A stretch of 64,000 nt of DNA, taken from Candidatus Eiseniibacteriota bacterium. Lineage in GTDB: Bacteria > Eisenbacteria > RBG-16-71-46 > CAZAMP01. Numbering within the stretch: position 1 is the stretch's first letter; the number at the start of each line of letters is the position of its first letter. The stretch spans positions 4,512,001 to 4,576,000 of the forward strand of contig OZ245046.1 in the NCBI GenBank assembly GCA_965224245.1. Direction: 5' to 3'. Both the position numbers and the translations under genes were made by a program. Below the pieces are notes generated by a model. That model was not told the DNA's origin, ran no database searches, and saw only the letters and a program-made list of their open reading frames with translations. Positions 21,057-31,344 of the stretch are shown here, one piece after another.

Positions 21057-22361
21057 ATGTCCACGAACCCCTTTCGCGACGTCGTCATCGTGGGCGGCCT
21101 CCGAACGCCGTTCGCCAAGGCGGACACGGTCTTCACCGACCTGACCGCCGTGGACCTCGGCCGGCTCGTCGTCTCCGAGCTGATCGAGCACTACGACCTC
21201 GCGCCCTCGGACGTGGACGCGGTCATCATGGGCAACATCGCCCAGCCCCCCCATGCACCCAACGTGGCGCGCGTCATCGCGCTCGCGGCCGGCCTGGCCC
21301 GCGAGGTTCCCGCGCACACGGTCAATCGCAACTGCGCGAGCGGCATGGAGTCGGTGCTGGAGGCGGCCCGGCTGATCGCGCTCGGCGAGGCCGAGGTGGT
21401 CGTCGCCGGTGGCGTCGAGTCGATGTCGCAGATCCCGCTCTTCTACCCCGAGTCGTACCGGCGCATCCTCTTCGGCGCGCAACGCGCACGGACTCCCGCG
21501 GCACGCGTCGCGACGCTCAGCCACGTGCGGCCGAAGCACTTCAAGCCGATCGTGGGCCTGGAGTGCGGCCTGACCGATCCCATCGCCGAGCTCAACATGG
21601 GCGAGACCGCCGAGGTGCTGGCCAAGGAGTTCGGGATCTCGCGCCAGACCCAGGACGAGTTCGCGCTCCGGAGCCATCAGAAGGCGGTCGCCGCGGTGCA
21701 GTCCGGACGACTCGCGCAGGAGATCATGCCGGTCTTTCCACCCGGGTATCGCGCCGCCGTACGGGACGACAACGGCCCGCGCTCCAATCAGTCCATGGAG
21801 GCGCTGGCCCGGCTGCGTACGATCTTCGACCGGCAGTTCGGCACCGTGACGGCCGGCAACGCGTGCCCGATCACCGACGGAGCCGCGGTGCTGCTGCTTG
21901 CGCACGAGCAGGTCGCGCGCGCGAACCGGTGGGACGTGCTGGGGCGCATCCGATCGCACGGCGTGCGCGGGATCGAGCCCGAGCGCATGGGGCTGGGACC
22001 GGTGGTCGCGACGGCGGTCGCGCTCGACCGGGCGGGCATGTCGCTCGCGGACATCGAGCTCGTCGAGATCAACGAGGCGTTCGCGGCCCAGGTGCTCGCC
22101 TGCGAGATGGCGTTCTCGTCGGTGTCGTTCGCGCGGAAGGCGCTCGGACGCTCGAGCGCCGTGGGGACTCTCCCCACGACGCACCTCAACGTGAACGGCG
22201 GGGCGATCGCGCTCGGACATCCGGTCGGCGTGAGCGGGACGCGACTCATCCTGACGCTTCTGATCGAGCTCCGGCGGCGGCAGCTCGGAACGGGGCTGGC
22301 CACGCTGTGCGTCGGTGGCGGCCAGGGATCCGCGGTGATCCTGGAGAGCATGGTGCCATGA
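21057..22361 (+). CDS. fadI: Acetyl-CoA C-acyltransferase (thiolase), FadI-type
   Basis: RTPF, NRNCASG, GGVESMS, EINEAFA, GHPVG, LCVGGGQG; coupled to fadJ. Confidence 0.88.
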   Translation: MSTNPFRDVVIVGGLRTPFAKADTVFTDLTAVDLGRLVVSELIEHYDLAPSDVDAVIMGNIAQPPHAPNVARVIALAAGLAREVPAHTVNRNCASGMESVLEAARLIALGEAEVVVAGGVESMSQIPLFYPESYRRILFGAQRARTPAARVATLSHVRPKHFKPIVGLECGLTDPIAELNMGETAEVLAKEFGISRQTQDEFALRSHQKAVAAVQSGRLAQEIMPVFPPGYRAAVRDDNGPRSNQSMEALARLRTIFDRQFGTVTAGNACPITDGAAVLLLAHEQVARANRWDVLGRIRSHGVRGIEPERMGLGPVVATAVALDRAGMSLADIELVEINEAFAAQVLACEMAFSSVSFARKALGRSSAVGTLPTTHLNVNGGAIALGHPVGVSGTRLILTLLIELRRRQLGTGLATLCVGGGQGSAVILESMVP

Positions 22362-24655
22362 ACGGACACGGTTCCACTCCGATGACCGACCAGCTCGAGT
22401 TCTTCGATCCGGCGAGGGCCACGGCCGCCGATCGCGATGCCGACGTCCGGCTGGAGGAGCTGGCGCCGGGTGTGGCCGGCGTCATCTTCCACGCGCGCGA
22501 GCGTTCGCAGAACGTGCTCACGAAGGCCGTCCTGGATCGCCTCGACGAGATCGTGCGCGCGATCCGATCGGCCACGGGATATCGCGCGGTCCTGATCACG
22601 TCCACGCTACCGGGGAGCTTCATCGCCGGCGCGGACGTGAACGAGATCGCCTCGGTCGACGACGTGGCCACCGGGCGCGATGCCGCCCGCCGCGGCCAGC
22701 GCGTCTTCGGCGAGCTCGCGGCGCTGACGATCCCCACGGTGGCCGCGATCGGCGGCGCGTGCCTCGGCGGCGGGCTGGAGCTGGCGCTGGCCTGCCACTA
22801 TCGCATCGCGTCGGATTCCTCGAAGGTGCGGCTCGGGCTGCCGGAGGTCCGCCTGGGAATCATCCCCGGCTTCGGCGGCACCCAGCGTTTGCCGCGACTG
22901 GTCGGGCTTCCGGCCGCGATCGATCTCATCCTGACCGGCAAGACGCTCGATGCACGGCGGGCCAGGCGCCGGGGACTGGTCGACCTCGTGATTCCCGAGA
23001 TCCTGTTCCGGCAGGAGTCGCTCCGGTTCGTCGAGCGTCTCGCGGCCGGCGAGGCGCCTTCGCGCCACGTCATGGCCTTTTCGGGCCCGCGCAAGGCCGC
23101 GGCGAGGCGCGCTCCCCTGAGCGCACGCGATCGGTTCCTGGAGAGCCCCGTGGGCCGGCCGATCCTGTTTCGACTGTCCAGGCGAAGCGTGCTCTCCAAC
23201 ACGAAAGGGCACTATCAGGCGCCGCTCGACGCGCTGACGGTGATCGAGGACACGTTCGGAAAGCCGATCGAGGAGGGTCTCGACGTCGAGGCCGCCGCGC
23301 TCGGCCGGCGCCTCGTGACACAGGAGAAGAAGGCACTCGTTCACGTGTTCTTCCTGACCGAGGCCAACCGCAAGGACACCGGCAGCGATGACGCGTCGCT
23401 GATCCCGCGACCCATCACGCGGGCGGGGCTCCTCGGCGCGGGGGTCATGGGCGGCGGCATCGCACAGCTCCTGTCCCGGCGGGACATCCGCGTCCGCATG
23501 AAGGACCTGAACGACGATGCGCTCCTGTCCGGTCTCCGCTCCGCCAGCAACGTGACGCGATCGCTGGTGAGGCGCCGCCGGATGCGGCCGGCCGAGGCCG
23601 CGCGCCAGCTCGCGCTGATCAGCCCGACGACCGAGTACACCGGGTTCGGGCGGGTCGACGTCGTCTTCGAGGCCGTCGTGGAGAAGATGGACGTGAAGAA
23701 GACCGTCCTCGGCGAGGTCGAGCGCGTCGTACGCCCGGGCACGATCATCGCATCCAACACGAGCGCCCTCTCGATCACCGAGCTGGCCACCGTGAGCCGG
23801 CGACCCGAGCACGTGGCCGGCTTTCACTTCTTCAATCCGGTTCACCGCATGCCGCTGGTCGAGGTGGTTCGCGGTGAGCGCACGAGCGATGCCGCCGTCG
23901 TGACGCTGGTGGCGCTGGCGCGTCGGCTGGGCAAGACGCCGATCGTGTGCAACGACGGTCCCGGGTTCCTGGTGAACCGCATTCTCGGTCGCTACATGAA
24001 CGAGGCCAGCCATCTCCTGGCCGACGGCGTTGCCATCGAGCACTGCGACTGCGTGGCCACCGACTTCGGCATGCCGATGGGCCCGATCCGTCTGGTGGAC
24101 GAGGTGGGTGCCGACGTCGCGGCGAAGGTCGCATCGCTCCTGCTCGCGGGGCTGGGTGATCGCTTCAAGACGAACAACCTGATCGAGCGGCTGGTCGGTG
24201 AGGGCCGGCTCGGCAAGAAGTGCGGGCGCGGCTTCTACACGTACCCCGGGGCACGCGGCGGGCGTCTCCCGGCGTGGACGCCGTCGTGGGTGCCGGGCGC
24301 GCCGCGAGAGCACGTCGATCGCGGCGTGCTCGCACTCATCGAGACCGGCGGGCGCCGGTCCTCGCTGTCGGATCGAGAGATCCGCGATCGGCTGGTCTAC
24401 GTGATGGTCGACGAGGCCGCGCGGTGCCTGGACGACGGCATCGTGGCCTCCCCGCGCGACGTGGACCTCGGCATGATCTTCGGAACCGGCTTCCCGCCGT
24501 TCCGGGGCGGCCTCCTTCGGTTTGCCGACGAGACCGGCGTCGACGTGGTGGCCGACACGCTCTCCCGACTCGCCGACAGTGCGTCTCCCCGCTTCGCGCC
24601 GTGCGATCGCCTGCGCGACATGGGTAACCGGGCCCTCCGCTTCCATCCCTCGTGA
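22358..24655 (+). CDS. fadJ: Fatty acid oxidation complex alpha subunit (enoyl-CoA hydratase plus 3-hydroxyacyl-CoA dehydrogenase)
   Basis: FIAGADV, CLGGGLELALAC, GLPEVRLGIIPGFGGTQRLPRL, GAGVMGGGIA, SNTSAL, HFFNPV, GFPPFRGG. Confidence 0.9.
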   Translation: MNGHGSTPMTDQLEFFDPARATAADRDADVRLEELAPGVAGVIFHARERSQNVLTKAVLDRLDEIVRAIRSATGYRAVLITSTLPGSFIAGADVNEIASVDDVATGRDAARRGQRVFGELAALTIPTVAAIGGACLGGGLELALACHYRIASDSSKVRLGLPEVRLGIIPGFGGTQRLPRLVGLPAAIDLILTGKTLDARRARRRGLVDLVIPEILFRQESLRFVERLAAGEAPSRHVMAFSGPRKAAARRAPLSARDRFLESPVGRPILFRLSRRSVLSNTKGHYQAPLDALTVIEDTFGKPIEEGLDVEAAALGRRLVTQEKKALVHVFFLTEANRKDTGSDDASLIPRPITRAGLLGAGVMGGGIAQLLSRRDIRVRMKDLNDDALLSGLRSASNVTRSLVRRRRMRPAEAARQLALISPTTEYTGFGRVDVVFEAVVEKMDVKKTVLGEVERVVRPGTIIASNTSALSITELATVSRRPEHVAGFHFFNPVHRMPLVEVVRGERTSDAAVVTLVALARRLGKTPIVCNDGPGFLVNRILGRYMNEASHLLADGVAIEHCDCVATDFGMPMGPIRLVDEVGADVAAKVASLLLAGLGDRFKTNNLIERLVGEGRLGKKCGRGFYTYPGARGGRLPAWTPSWVPGAPREHVDRGVLALIETGGRRSSLSDREIRDRLVYVMVDEAARCLDDGIVASPRDVDLGMIFGTGFPPFRGGLLRFADETGVDVVADTLSRLADSASPRFAPCDRLRDMGNRALRFHPS

Positions 24656-24664
24656 GGTGACACG

Positions 24665-25276
24665 ATGGCGTTTCCGAAGCCGTTCTATCGATGGCGACCG
24701 CATCCGTGGCACGGTCTCGAGCCCGGCGACGATCCGCCGTCGCGCGTTCAGGCGTACATCGAGATCACACCGTTCGACCTCGTGAAGTACGAGATCGACA
24801 AGACGACCGGTTACATCCGCGTGGATCGGCCGCAGCGCAGCTCGTCGCAGCCGCCCACGCTGTACGGGTTCATCCCGCGCACGTACTGCGCGTCACGGGT
24901 GGGCGCGCTGTCGGAGTCGTCGAGCGACGGCGATGGGGATCCGCTCGACATCTGCGTCCTGAGCGAACGCCCGATCGCGCGGTCCGAGGTGATTCTGAAC
25001 ACCCGGGTCGTCGGCGGCCTGCAGATGGTCGACGACGGGCTCGCGGACGACAAGATCATCGCGGTGCTGGAGAACGACAACATCTGGGGCCATGCCACCG
25101 ACGTGTCGGACCTGCCCCAGATTCTGATCGAGCGCCTCCGACACTACTTCCTCACCTACAAGCTCGTGCCGGGCACGGCGCCGAGCATCTCCATCGAGAC
25201 CGAGTACGGCCACGAGCACGCCTGCGCCGTCGTGTCGGCCGCGCTCGCCGACTACGACGAGACGTTCGGCGAGTGA
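24665..25276 (+). CDS. ppa: Family I inorganic pyrophosphatase
   Basis: [33 protein letters not shown]. Confidence 0.93.
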   Translation: MAFPKPFYRWRPHPWHGLEPGDDPPSRVQAYIEITPFDLVKYEIDKTTGYIRVDRPQRSSSQPPTLYGFIPRTYCASRVGALSESSSDGDGDPLDICVLSERPIARSEVILNTRVVGGLQMVDDGLADDKIIAVLENDNIWGHATDVSDLPQILIERLRHYFLTYKLVPGTAPSISIETEYGHEHACAVVSAALADYDETFGE

Positions 25277-25818
25277 GCGACGGCGTCGCCGACCCCGGGC
25301 GCCGTCGCCCCGATCGCGCGCGAGCCGACGGCGTGCGCCTTCGACGGGCCGTCCCCGGCGACGAGGCGATCGTGCGCAGGCTGCGCCTCGAGGCGCTGGC
25401 CGATGCGCCCCGGGACTTCGACTCGACGCTGGAGCGCGAGCGCGTGATGACGACCGCCGAGTGGGGCGAGTGGATCGCCGGCGGCGCCACGTTCATCCTG
25501 GAGGCGGGATCGGCCCCCCGCGGCATCGTCGCCGGCGTGCCGCATCGCGACGACCCACGAGCGGTTTACCTGATCTCGATGTGGGTGCACCCCTCGATCC
25601 GGGGGAGCGGGGCCGCCGACGCGCTCGTCGGTGCCGTGATCGGGTGGGCCGAGGAGCGGGAGGCGGAGGTCGTCTGTCTGGACGTGGTGGCCTCGAACGA
25701 TCGCGCGCGCGGCTGCTACGAGCGGAACGGTTTCCGGGCGACCGGCCGCACGTTCACGCGGGGTCGGGACGGCATCGTCGAGATGGCCATGGAACTCCGA
25801 CTCGACCCGGGATCATGA
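25273..25818 (+). CDS. GNAT family N-acetyltransferase
   Basis: [34 protein letters not shown] overlap with ppa. Confidence 0.88.
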   Translation: MSDGVADPGRRRPDRARADGVRLRRAVPGDEAIVRRLRLEALADAPRDFDSTLERERVMTTAEWGEWIAGGATFILEAGSAPRGIVAGVPHRDDPRAVYLISMWVHPSIRGSGAADALVGAVIGWAEEREAEVVCLDVVASNDRARGCYERNGFRATGRTFTRGRDGIVEMAMELRLDPGS

Positions 25819-25874
25819 GGCTCCCATCGGTGGCGTAATCCGTTTCCTTTCAATCCGTTGGCTTCCGATCGATG

Positions 25875-25918
25875 TTTCATCCGGGTAGAATTGACGCACG
25901 AGTTTTACCTGGGTATAA
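25875..25918. promoter_or_regulatory. Two 16-bp palindromic operator-like boxes (consensus TTWTACCCGGGTAWAA)
   Basis: TTTCATCCGGGTAGAA (25875-25890) abuts the -35 element; TTTTACCTGGGTATAA (25903-25918) overlaps the -10 element. Confidence 0.65.
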
Positions 25919-25919
25919 T
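25891..25919 (+). promoter_or_regulatory. Sigma70-type promoter of the DUF2239 gene
   Basis: TTGACG (25891-25896), 17-bp spacer, TATAAT (25914-25919); downstream RBS AAAGGAG. Confidence 0.85.
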
Positions 25920-25963
25920 CTCCCCTCTCGTGCCCCTGGATCGATCAAAGGAGAGAAGCCGAC

Positions 25964-26584
25964 ATGCCCACGACCACGACGTGCACCGCGTTCGCCGGAT
26001 CGACGCGCATCGCCTCCGGTACCATCGAGGACGTGGCCGTTCGCGTGAAGGGAGTCGTCGACGCCGATGACCCCCGGTCGATCCTGATCTTCGACGACGC
26101 CACGAGCGCGCCGATCGAGCTGGACCTGCGCGGCAGCGTCGAGGACGTCCGGCGGGCCGCGCGGTCGGTCAGCGCCGGGTCGACCCCGCCGGCCGCGTCG
26201 GCGACACCCGGCTCACCGCGAGACGGCGAGACCGCGCGGCGCCGATCTCCCGGACGGCCGAAGCTGGGCGTGGTCGGCCGGGAGGTCACGCTCTTGCCGC
26301 GACACTGGGCGTGGCTGAACGCGCAGCCGGGTGGTGCGTCGGTGGCGCTCCGGAAGCTCGTCGACGCCGCGCGCCGCGTGCCGGACTCGACGAACACGAA
26401 GCGGCACGCGCAGGAGGCGGCGTTCCGCTTCATGTCGGCGATCGCGGGCAACGAGGCGGGCTACGAGGAGGCCACGCGCGCGCTGTTCGCCGGCGACGCC
26501 GGTCGCTTCGACGAGCACACGCGTGGCTGGCCCGCGGACGTTCGCGATCACGCCGCGCGGCTGGCCTCGGGGGCACTCGAGTGA
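25964..26584 (+). CDS. DUF2239 family protein
   Basis: LIFDDATSAPIELDLRG, GRPKLGVVGREVTLLPRHWAWLNAQPGGASVALRKLV, AAFRFMSAIAGN..YEEATRALFA, WPADVRDH. Confidence 0.88.
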   Translation: MPTTTTCTAFAGSTRIASGTIEDVAVRVKGVVDADDPRSILIFDDATSAPIELDLRGSVEDVRRAARSVSAGSTPPAASATPGSPRDGETARRRSPGRPKLGVVGREVTLLPRHWAWLNAQPGGASVALRKLVDAARRVPDSTNTKRHAQEAAFRFMSAIAGNEAGYEEATRALFAGDAGRFDEHTRGWPADVRDHAARLASGALE

Positions 26585-26596
26585 GGAGGTCGCGCG

Positions 26597-28825
26597 CTAC
26601 AGCCCCAGCTGGACGATGTAGTTCGACTCGAGCCCACCCACGCTCGTGAACCGACCGGCGGCCACGACGTGTCCCTGGTACGTGCCGAGCGACCACACGT
26701 GCGTGTTCGTGTCCATGCCGCCGAACTGCCTGCCCATGGCGGTCCACGCCGTCCCGTTCCAGCGGGCGAGGTGCTGTGTCGCGACCGAGCCCGCTGTCTC
26801 GAACGCACCGCCCAGGAGGAGATCGCCGCCGACCTCCATGAACGTCCGCGCCCACCAGTCGAGCCCGTCGCCGACCGGCTCCCATTCGGAGGCCGTGTCG
26901 TTCCAGCGCGCGACGCGACGGACGCCGTACCGGTTCCGCTGCGTCGACACCTCGACCTCGCCGGTGTTCGCATCGAAGAACGCCACCCGCGGCTTGCCGT
27001 TGAATACGGCCAGCGACGACCAGGCCCCGACGCCGGAGCCGGCGCTGACGATCTCGTTGAGCCAGATCTGCTCGCCCGGACGCCGGAAGGCGACCGTCGC
27101 GCCCGGACCGATCTCGGCCAGTCGCGCACGCTGATGGCTGATGAAGAGCGTGCCGTCGTTCGCAACCGCAATGGACGGATACGCGCCCGTATTGCCGCGC
27201 GTCGACACCGGGAGCGGAGATGCCCAGACGCCGGCCGCGGAGCGCGTGATGTACTGCGCGCGCTGGCGGCCCGTCGTGCCGCTGGCGGTCGGATCGTAGT
27301 ACGCGACGTGAACGACGTCGTTCCGGTCCAGCACGATCGCGGGCCGCTCGCATCGAGTTCCCCCGATGTCCTGCGCGTAGCTCCAGCGGCTCCCGTCGGG
27401 GAGGTTGGGGTCGTAGAGGGCGTAGCTGAGGTCCTGGCCGTCCATGCTGGCGAGGATGACGTGGACCCGGTCGCGGGAGTCGACGGCCAGATCCGTCCAG
27501 TACCCGACGGGATCGATGGGAACGCCGGTGGGGTCCATCAGGGCCGACCGGAACTGCCAGTCGTACGTGCCCGGCTCGGTCAGGCTCGGGATCTGGAACG
27601 CCAGCTTCAACGTATTGGCGGTCACGTCCATGAACGCGATCACGGGACGATTCTGGCGGTTGAGGCCGATCGAGCACTCGACGCCCACGTTGGCGGTATC
27701 ACCGGCGACCGTCTCGATCAGCCACTCCTCGAGCGGTCGTGTCGCGTACTTCAGATCCCCGCTGGTGGCATCGTAGTACGCGACGTGTCCCTCGCCGCTC
27801 TCGGTGAGCACGAAGTCCGCGTACTGCCCGACGTCGCCGCCGGAATCGATCGTGGAGGTGAGCCAGTCGTCGCCGTCCTGGATCGCGTGCACGAGGTCGG
27901 CGTTCGTCTCGTCGTAGTAGACGAGCTGCGCGCCGTCCGCGCCGTCGACCCCCATCGAGATGTGAGAGACGGCGCCGGGCGCCTCCGCGGCGGGCTGGGT
28001 GGTCCAGCGTCCCTCGGCCTCACTGAACAAGCCGGCCGCGTACACCTGATCCTGGTACGTGGTCACGGCCAGCACGTCGCCCGCGAAGCCGCGTCCCATC
28101 GGCAGCCAGGCCGGGACCGTCGGATCCCACATCGCCACGTTGAACACGACGCGACCGGCGCCGGTGCTCGTGAACGCGCCGCCGACGATCAGCTTGTCGC
28201 CCCAGACGGTCGCCGAGTAGACCGGGCCGTTGACGCCGTTGAGCGTGCCGGTGCCGAACACGCTCCATTCGGTGCCGTCGTACTGGGCGACGTTGCGGGC
28301 CGACGCGATGCCGGCACCCTCGAACTCGCCGTACACGATCAGGTTGCCGTTGTACTCGCTCATTCCCTCGACGACGCCGGTCACGCCGAGCGCGACGTCC
28401 GACCAGCTCGTGCCGTCCCACGACGCGATGCTCTGCACGTCGAGGCTGTCGGCGCCGGCGTACCGGAACAGCCCGCCCACGTAGAGCGCGTCGTTCCAGA
28501 CCCGCGCGGCATTCGCGCGCTCGGTGAGCGCCGGATTCCCGACGCCGAACAAGCCCATGTCGAGGCTCGACCAGGACGTGCCGTTCCAGGAGGCGACGTT
28601 GCGGACCGCGGAGTCGCCGGCGGTGCGAAAGCTGCCGACAGCGACGAGGGAGCCGTCGAACTCCGCCATGCCGTTGGCGCGGGCCGACAGGCCGGGGTAC
28701 CCGATGCCGGGCACCGGGTCGGGCGGACCGGTCACGGTTTCTTTCTTCTCGTCAGGCGTACACGATGCCAAGCCGAGCGTCAGCGCGCCTCCCAACATCC
28801 ACTGCCACACACGTCTCACGCGCAT
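26597..28825 (-). CDS. Lipoprotein with two types of beta-propeller repeat
   Basis: AAAGGAG RBS, lipobox LASC, repeats of L.VGG.F..AG....VA.WDG..W, and a nested VG.Y....D....HVAYYD....LKYA repeat set. Confidence 0.82.
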   Translation of the reverse strand: MRVRRVWQWMLGGALTLGLASCTPDEKKETVTGPPDPVPGIGYPGLSARANGMAEFDGSLVAVGSFRTAGDSAVRNVASWNGTSWSSLDMGLFGVGNPALTERANAARVWNDALYVGGLFRYAGADSLDVQSIASWDGTSWSDVALGVTGVVEGMSEYNGNLIVYGEFEGAGIASARNVAQYDGTEWSVFGTGTLNGVNGPVYSATVWGDKLIVGGAFTSTGAGRVVFNVAMWDPTVPAWLPMGRGFAGDVLAVTTYQDQVYAAGLFSEAEGRWTTQPAAEAPGAVSHISMGVDGADGAQLVYYDETNADLVHAIQDGDDWLTSTIDSGGDVGQYADFVLTESGEGHVAYYDATSGDLKYATRPLEEWLIETVAGDTANVGVECSIGLNRQNRPVIAFMDVTANTLKLAFQIPSLTEPGTYDWQFRSALMDPTGVPIDPVGYWTDLAVDSRDRVHVILASMDGQDLSYALYDPNLPDGSRWSYAQDIGGTRCERPAIVLDRNDVVHVAYYDPTASGTTGRQRAQYITRSAAGVWASPLPVSTRGNTGAYPSIAVANDGTLFISHQRARLAEIGPGATVAFRRPGEQIWLNEIVSAGSGVGAWSSLAVFNGKPRVAFFDANTGEVEVSTQRNRYGVRRVARWNDTASEWEPVGDGLDWWARTFMEVGGDLLLGGAFETAGSVATQHLARWNGTAWTAMGRQFGGMDTNTHVWSLGTYQGHVVAAGRFTSVGGLESNYIVQLGL

Positions 28826-29289
28826 TGGAAATCGCTCCTTTCGAGCGGAGTAACCGTGTCGACCGGTCACGGCGATCGGGTCGGACGGACGTCGGCCCGG
28901 TGCCGGTCGTCGACGGAGGAGTCCGGTTCGAGGGACGTCGCGCCGGGCGCGGCGGGGCGCCTCGCGACGATCGGGCCAAAGTGTCCTACGCATGACGTGG
29001 AAACGCAAGAGGCGGTGGGGGTTGGCGCGGTCGATGGGACCGTTGCCGCACGGGCCGCCGTCGGGTCGCCGATCGCGGGGGCCCGTCGATCCGCCTGCGG
29101 TCGTAATCGTCCACCACGACACATGTTGCACGGCCTTCCGGCTCGCGGATTGGGTCCTTGTTCGCGTGCCGCGTGCGTGCCAGTATCGCGCGTCGATGCG
29201 GATGGAGCCGCACCGTGCGTGCGTGAACGCGCACGGGGAACCGCAACCGGGCGGAGCCGGCGGTGACCACGGACGAGAGGGGCGAGTAC

Positions 29290-30396
29290 ATGGATCGACG
29301 CAGGTTCGTCTCGCGCGCCGTCCCGGCGGCTCTCGCGGGCGCCACCGCGATCGGGTGCAGCCGCGAGGAGACGGGCCCTGCCGTTCAGACACGGCCCAAC
29401 GTGGTCTGGCGGCTCGCGTCGAGCTTTCCCAGGACGGTCGACTCGATCTACGGGGCGTGCGACGCGGTCGCGGCGCGGGTGTCCGCGATGACCGATGGTC
29501 GGTTCCAGATCCGCGCCTACCCCGGCGGCGAGATCGTCCCCGCGCTGCAGGTCCTGGATGCCGTTCAGCAGGGCACCGTGCAGATGGGGCAGTCCTGCGG
29601 GTACTACTTCACCGGAAAGAACCCGGTCTTCGCGTTCGACACGTGCGTTCCGTTCGGGTTCACCGCGCGGCAGCAGACGGCGTGGCTGCTCGAGGGCGGC
29701 GGCCGCGAGCTGCTCGCGCCGGCCTTTGCCGACTTCAACGTGGTCTCGATCCCGGGCGGGAACACGGGCGTCCAGATGGGCGGCTGGTTCAAGCGACCGA
29801 TCGGGTCCGCCGCCGATCTCGCGGGCCTGAAGATCCGCATCCCGGGGCTCGGCGGCCAGGTCATGAGCCGACTCGGGGCGACCGTTCAGGTTCTGGCCGG
29901 TGGCGACATCTACCCGGCGCTCGAGCGCGGGGCGATCGACGCCACCGAGTGGGTGGGTCCTTACGACGACGAGAAGCTCGGCTTCTTTCGCGTGGCCAAG
30001 CACTACTACTACCCCGGCTGGTGGGAGCCGGGCGCCACCCTGAGCTACTACGTCAATCGCGACGCTTTGCAGGCGCTCCCGTCGAGCTACCGCGAGGCGC
30101 TGGAGGCCGCCGCGCTGGAGGCCGGCGCCTCGATGCAGGCCGCGTACGACGCCCGGAACCCGCCGGCGCTGGAACGCCTCATATCCGAGGGTGTTACGCT
30201 CGCCCAGTATCCGGACGACGTGATGGATGCCGCGCGTGCGGCCACCACCGAGCTCCTCGAGGAGCAGGCGGCCGCGAGCACGGAGTATCGGGAGCTTTAC
30301 GATCAGTGGAAGGCGTTCGGGAGCTCGAGCTCCCGGTGGTTCGCCACAGCCGAGCTCGCCTATGCCGGGTACGCGTTTCGACCCGGACGCCGGTGA
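29290..30396 (+). CDS. dctP: TRAP transporter substrate-binding protein, TakP/keto-acid type, Tat-exported
   Basis: MDRRRF Tat motif, WRLASSFP, GGNTGVQMGGWF, GLKIRIPG, EWVGPYDD, YYPGWWE. Confidence 0.9.
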   Translation: MDRRRFVSRAVPAALAGATAIGCSREETGPAVQTRPNVVWRLASSFPRTVDSIYGACDAVAARVSAMTDGRFQIRAYPGGEIVPALQVLDAVQQGTVQMGQSCGYYFTGKNPVFAFDTCVPFGFTARQQTAWLLEGGGRELLAPAFADFNVVSIPGGNTGVQMGGWFKRPIGSAADLAGLKIRIPGLGGQVMSRLGATVQVLAGGDIYPALERGAIDATEWVGPYDDEKLGFFRVAKHYYYPGWWEPGATLSYYVNRDALQALPSSYREALEAAALEAGASMQAAYDARNPPALERLISEGVTLAQYPDDVMDAARAATTELLEEQAAASTEYRELYDQWKAFGSSSSRWFATAELAYAGYAFRPGRR

Positions 30397-30512
30397 GGGT
30401 GACCATGGGCGCTCCTCGGCCAATGCCAAGAACATCAACTGGTTCTGACGCCGCCGGCCGATAACGGCTGATGTACCAGGATTGCCCACCTCAGACGTCC
30501 AGAGGACCCTCG

Positions 30513-31271
30513 ATGTCCACATTCCCCCTCGGGAACGGCCTCACGCTGGTCGCCGCAGCCATGACTCACATCGGACGCGTCCGGAAGCTGAACCAGGATT
30601 CGATCGGGATCCTGGACACCGGCGACGCGGACCGCGGCTTTCTCCTGACCGTGGCCGACGGCATGGGAGGAGCCGTCGGGGGTGAGATCGCGAGCCGCAT
30701 GACCGTGGATGCCGTCCATCACGTGTTCGTCAGTGCCGACGCACGCGCCGACAACGCGCTGGCCGAGGCCGTGGCCGCCGCGAACGATTGCGTCTTCTCG
30801 CGCTCGCAGCGGGAGACCGAGCTCAACGGCATGGGCACGACGTGCACGACGCTGGCGATCACGAGCGGGGACTTCTACATCGCGCACGTCGGCGACAGCC
30901 GCGCGTACGTGTGTGACGACTCCGGCTTCCGGCAGGTCACGAACGATCACTCGCTGGCCGAGGAGATCCGCCGTCAGTCCGGTGGCGGCGTCGCCTCGCC
31001 GGCGGTGCCGAGGAACATCCTCTCCCGCTGCCTGGGCGTCGAGCCCGAGGTCGAGGTGGACATCGTCTCCGGCCGCGGCCGGATCGCCGAGGGGCTCAAG
31101 TTCCTGATGTGCTCGGACGGCCTGAGTGGACTCGTGTCATCCGAGGAGATGCACGAGGCGGTTCGCCGCCAGCCGCCAGACGTCGCCTGCCGCGACCTGA
31201 TCCACCAGGCGCTGGAGCGCGGCGCGCCGGACAACGTGAGCGTGATCGTCGCCGCCATCGTAGCCGGCTGA
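30513..31271 (+). CDS. PP2C/Stp1 family Ser/Thr phosphatase
   Basis: GRVRKLNQD, VADGMGG, GMGTT, HVGDSRAY, DHSL, CSDGL, DNVSV. Confidence 0.93.
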   Translation: MSTFPLGNGLTLVAAAMTHIGRVRKLNQDSIGILDTGDADRGFLLTVADGMGGAVGGEIASRMTVDAVHHVFVSADARADNALAEAVAAANDCVFSRSQRETELNGMGTTCTTLAITSGDFYIAHVGDSRAYVCDDSGFRQVTNDHSLAEEIRRQSGGGVASPAVPRNILSRCLGVEPEVEVDIVSGRGRIAEGLKFLMCSDGLSGLVSSEEMHEAVRRQPPDVACRDLIHQALERGAPDNVSVIVAAIVAG

Positions 31272-31310
31272 GTCGCCACCCTCCCCCGCTACCCACCCCG
31301 ATCCTCGCCG

Positions 31311-31331
31311 GATCGGCCGATCGGGCCGATC
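31311..31331 (+). terminator. GC hairpin after the phosphatase gene, possible terminator
   Basis: GATCGGCC-GATCG-GGCCGATC (8-bp stem); no U-tract follows. Confidence 0.3.
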
Positions 31332-31344
31332 TCCTCGATGGGGC

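Noticed and set aside
20975-22357. Apparent 1226-aa FadJ with a long N-terminal extension
   Set aside because: The extension is an off-frame reading of the thiolase gene; FadJ starts at the ATGA overlap at 22358.
29167-29182. Sigma54-like TGGCACG-N4-CGGCA on the minus strand
   Set aside because: Lacks the TT of TTGC, lies about 340 nt from the next start codon, and could occur by chance in GC-rich DNA.
28826-29289. Riboswitch or ncRNA in the longest intergenic region
   Set aside because: I recognised no conserved aptamer motif; an Rfam/Infernal scan would be needed to exclude one.
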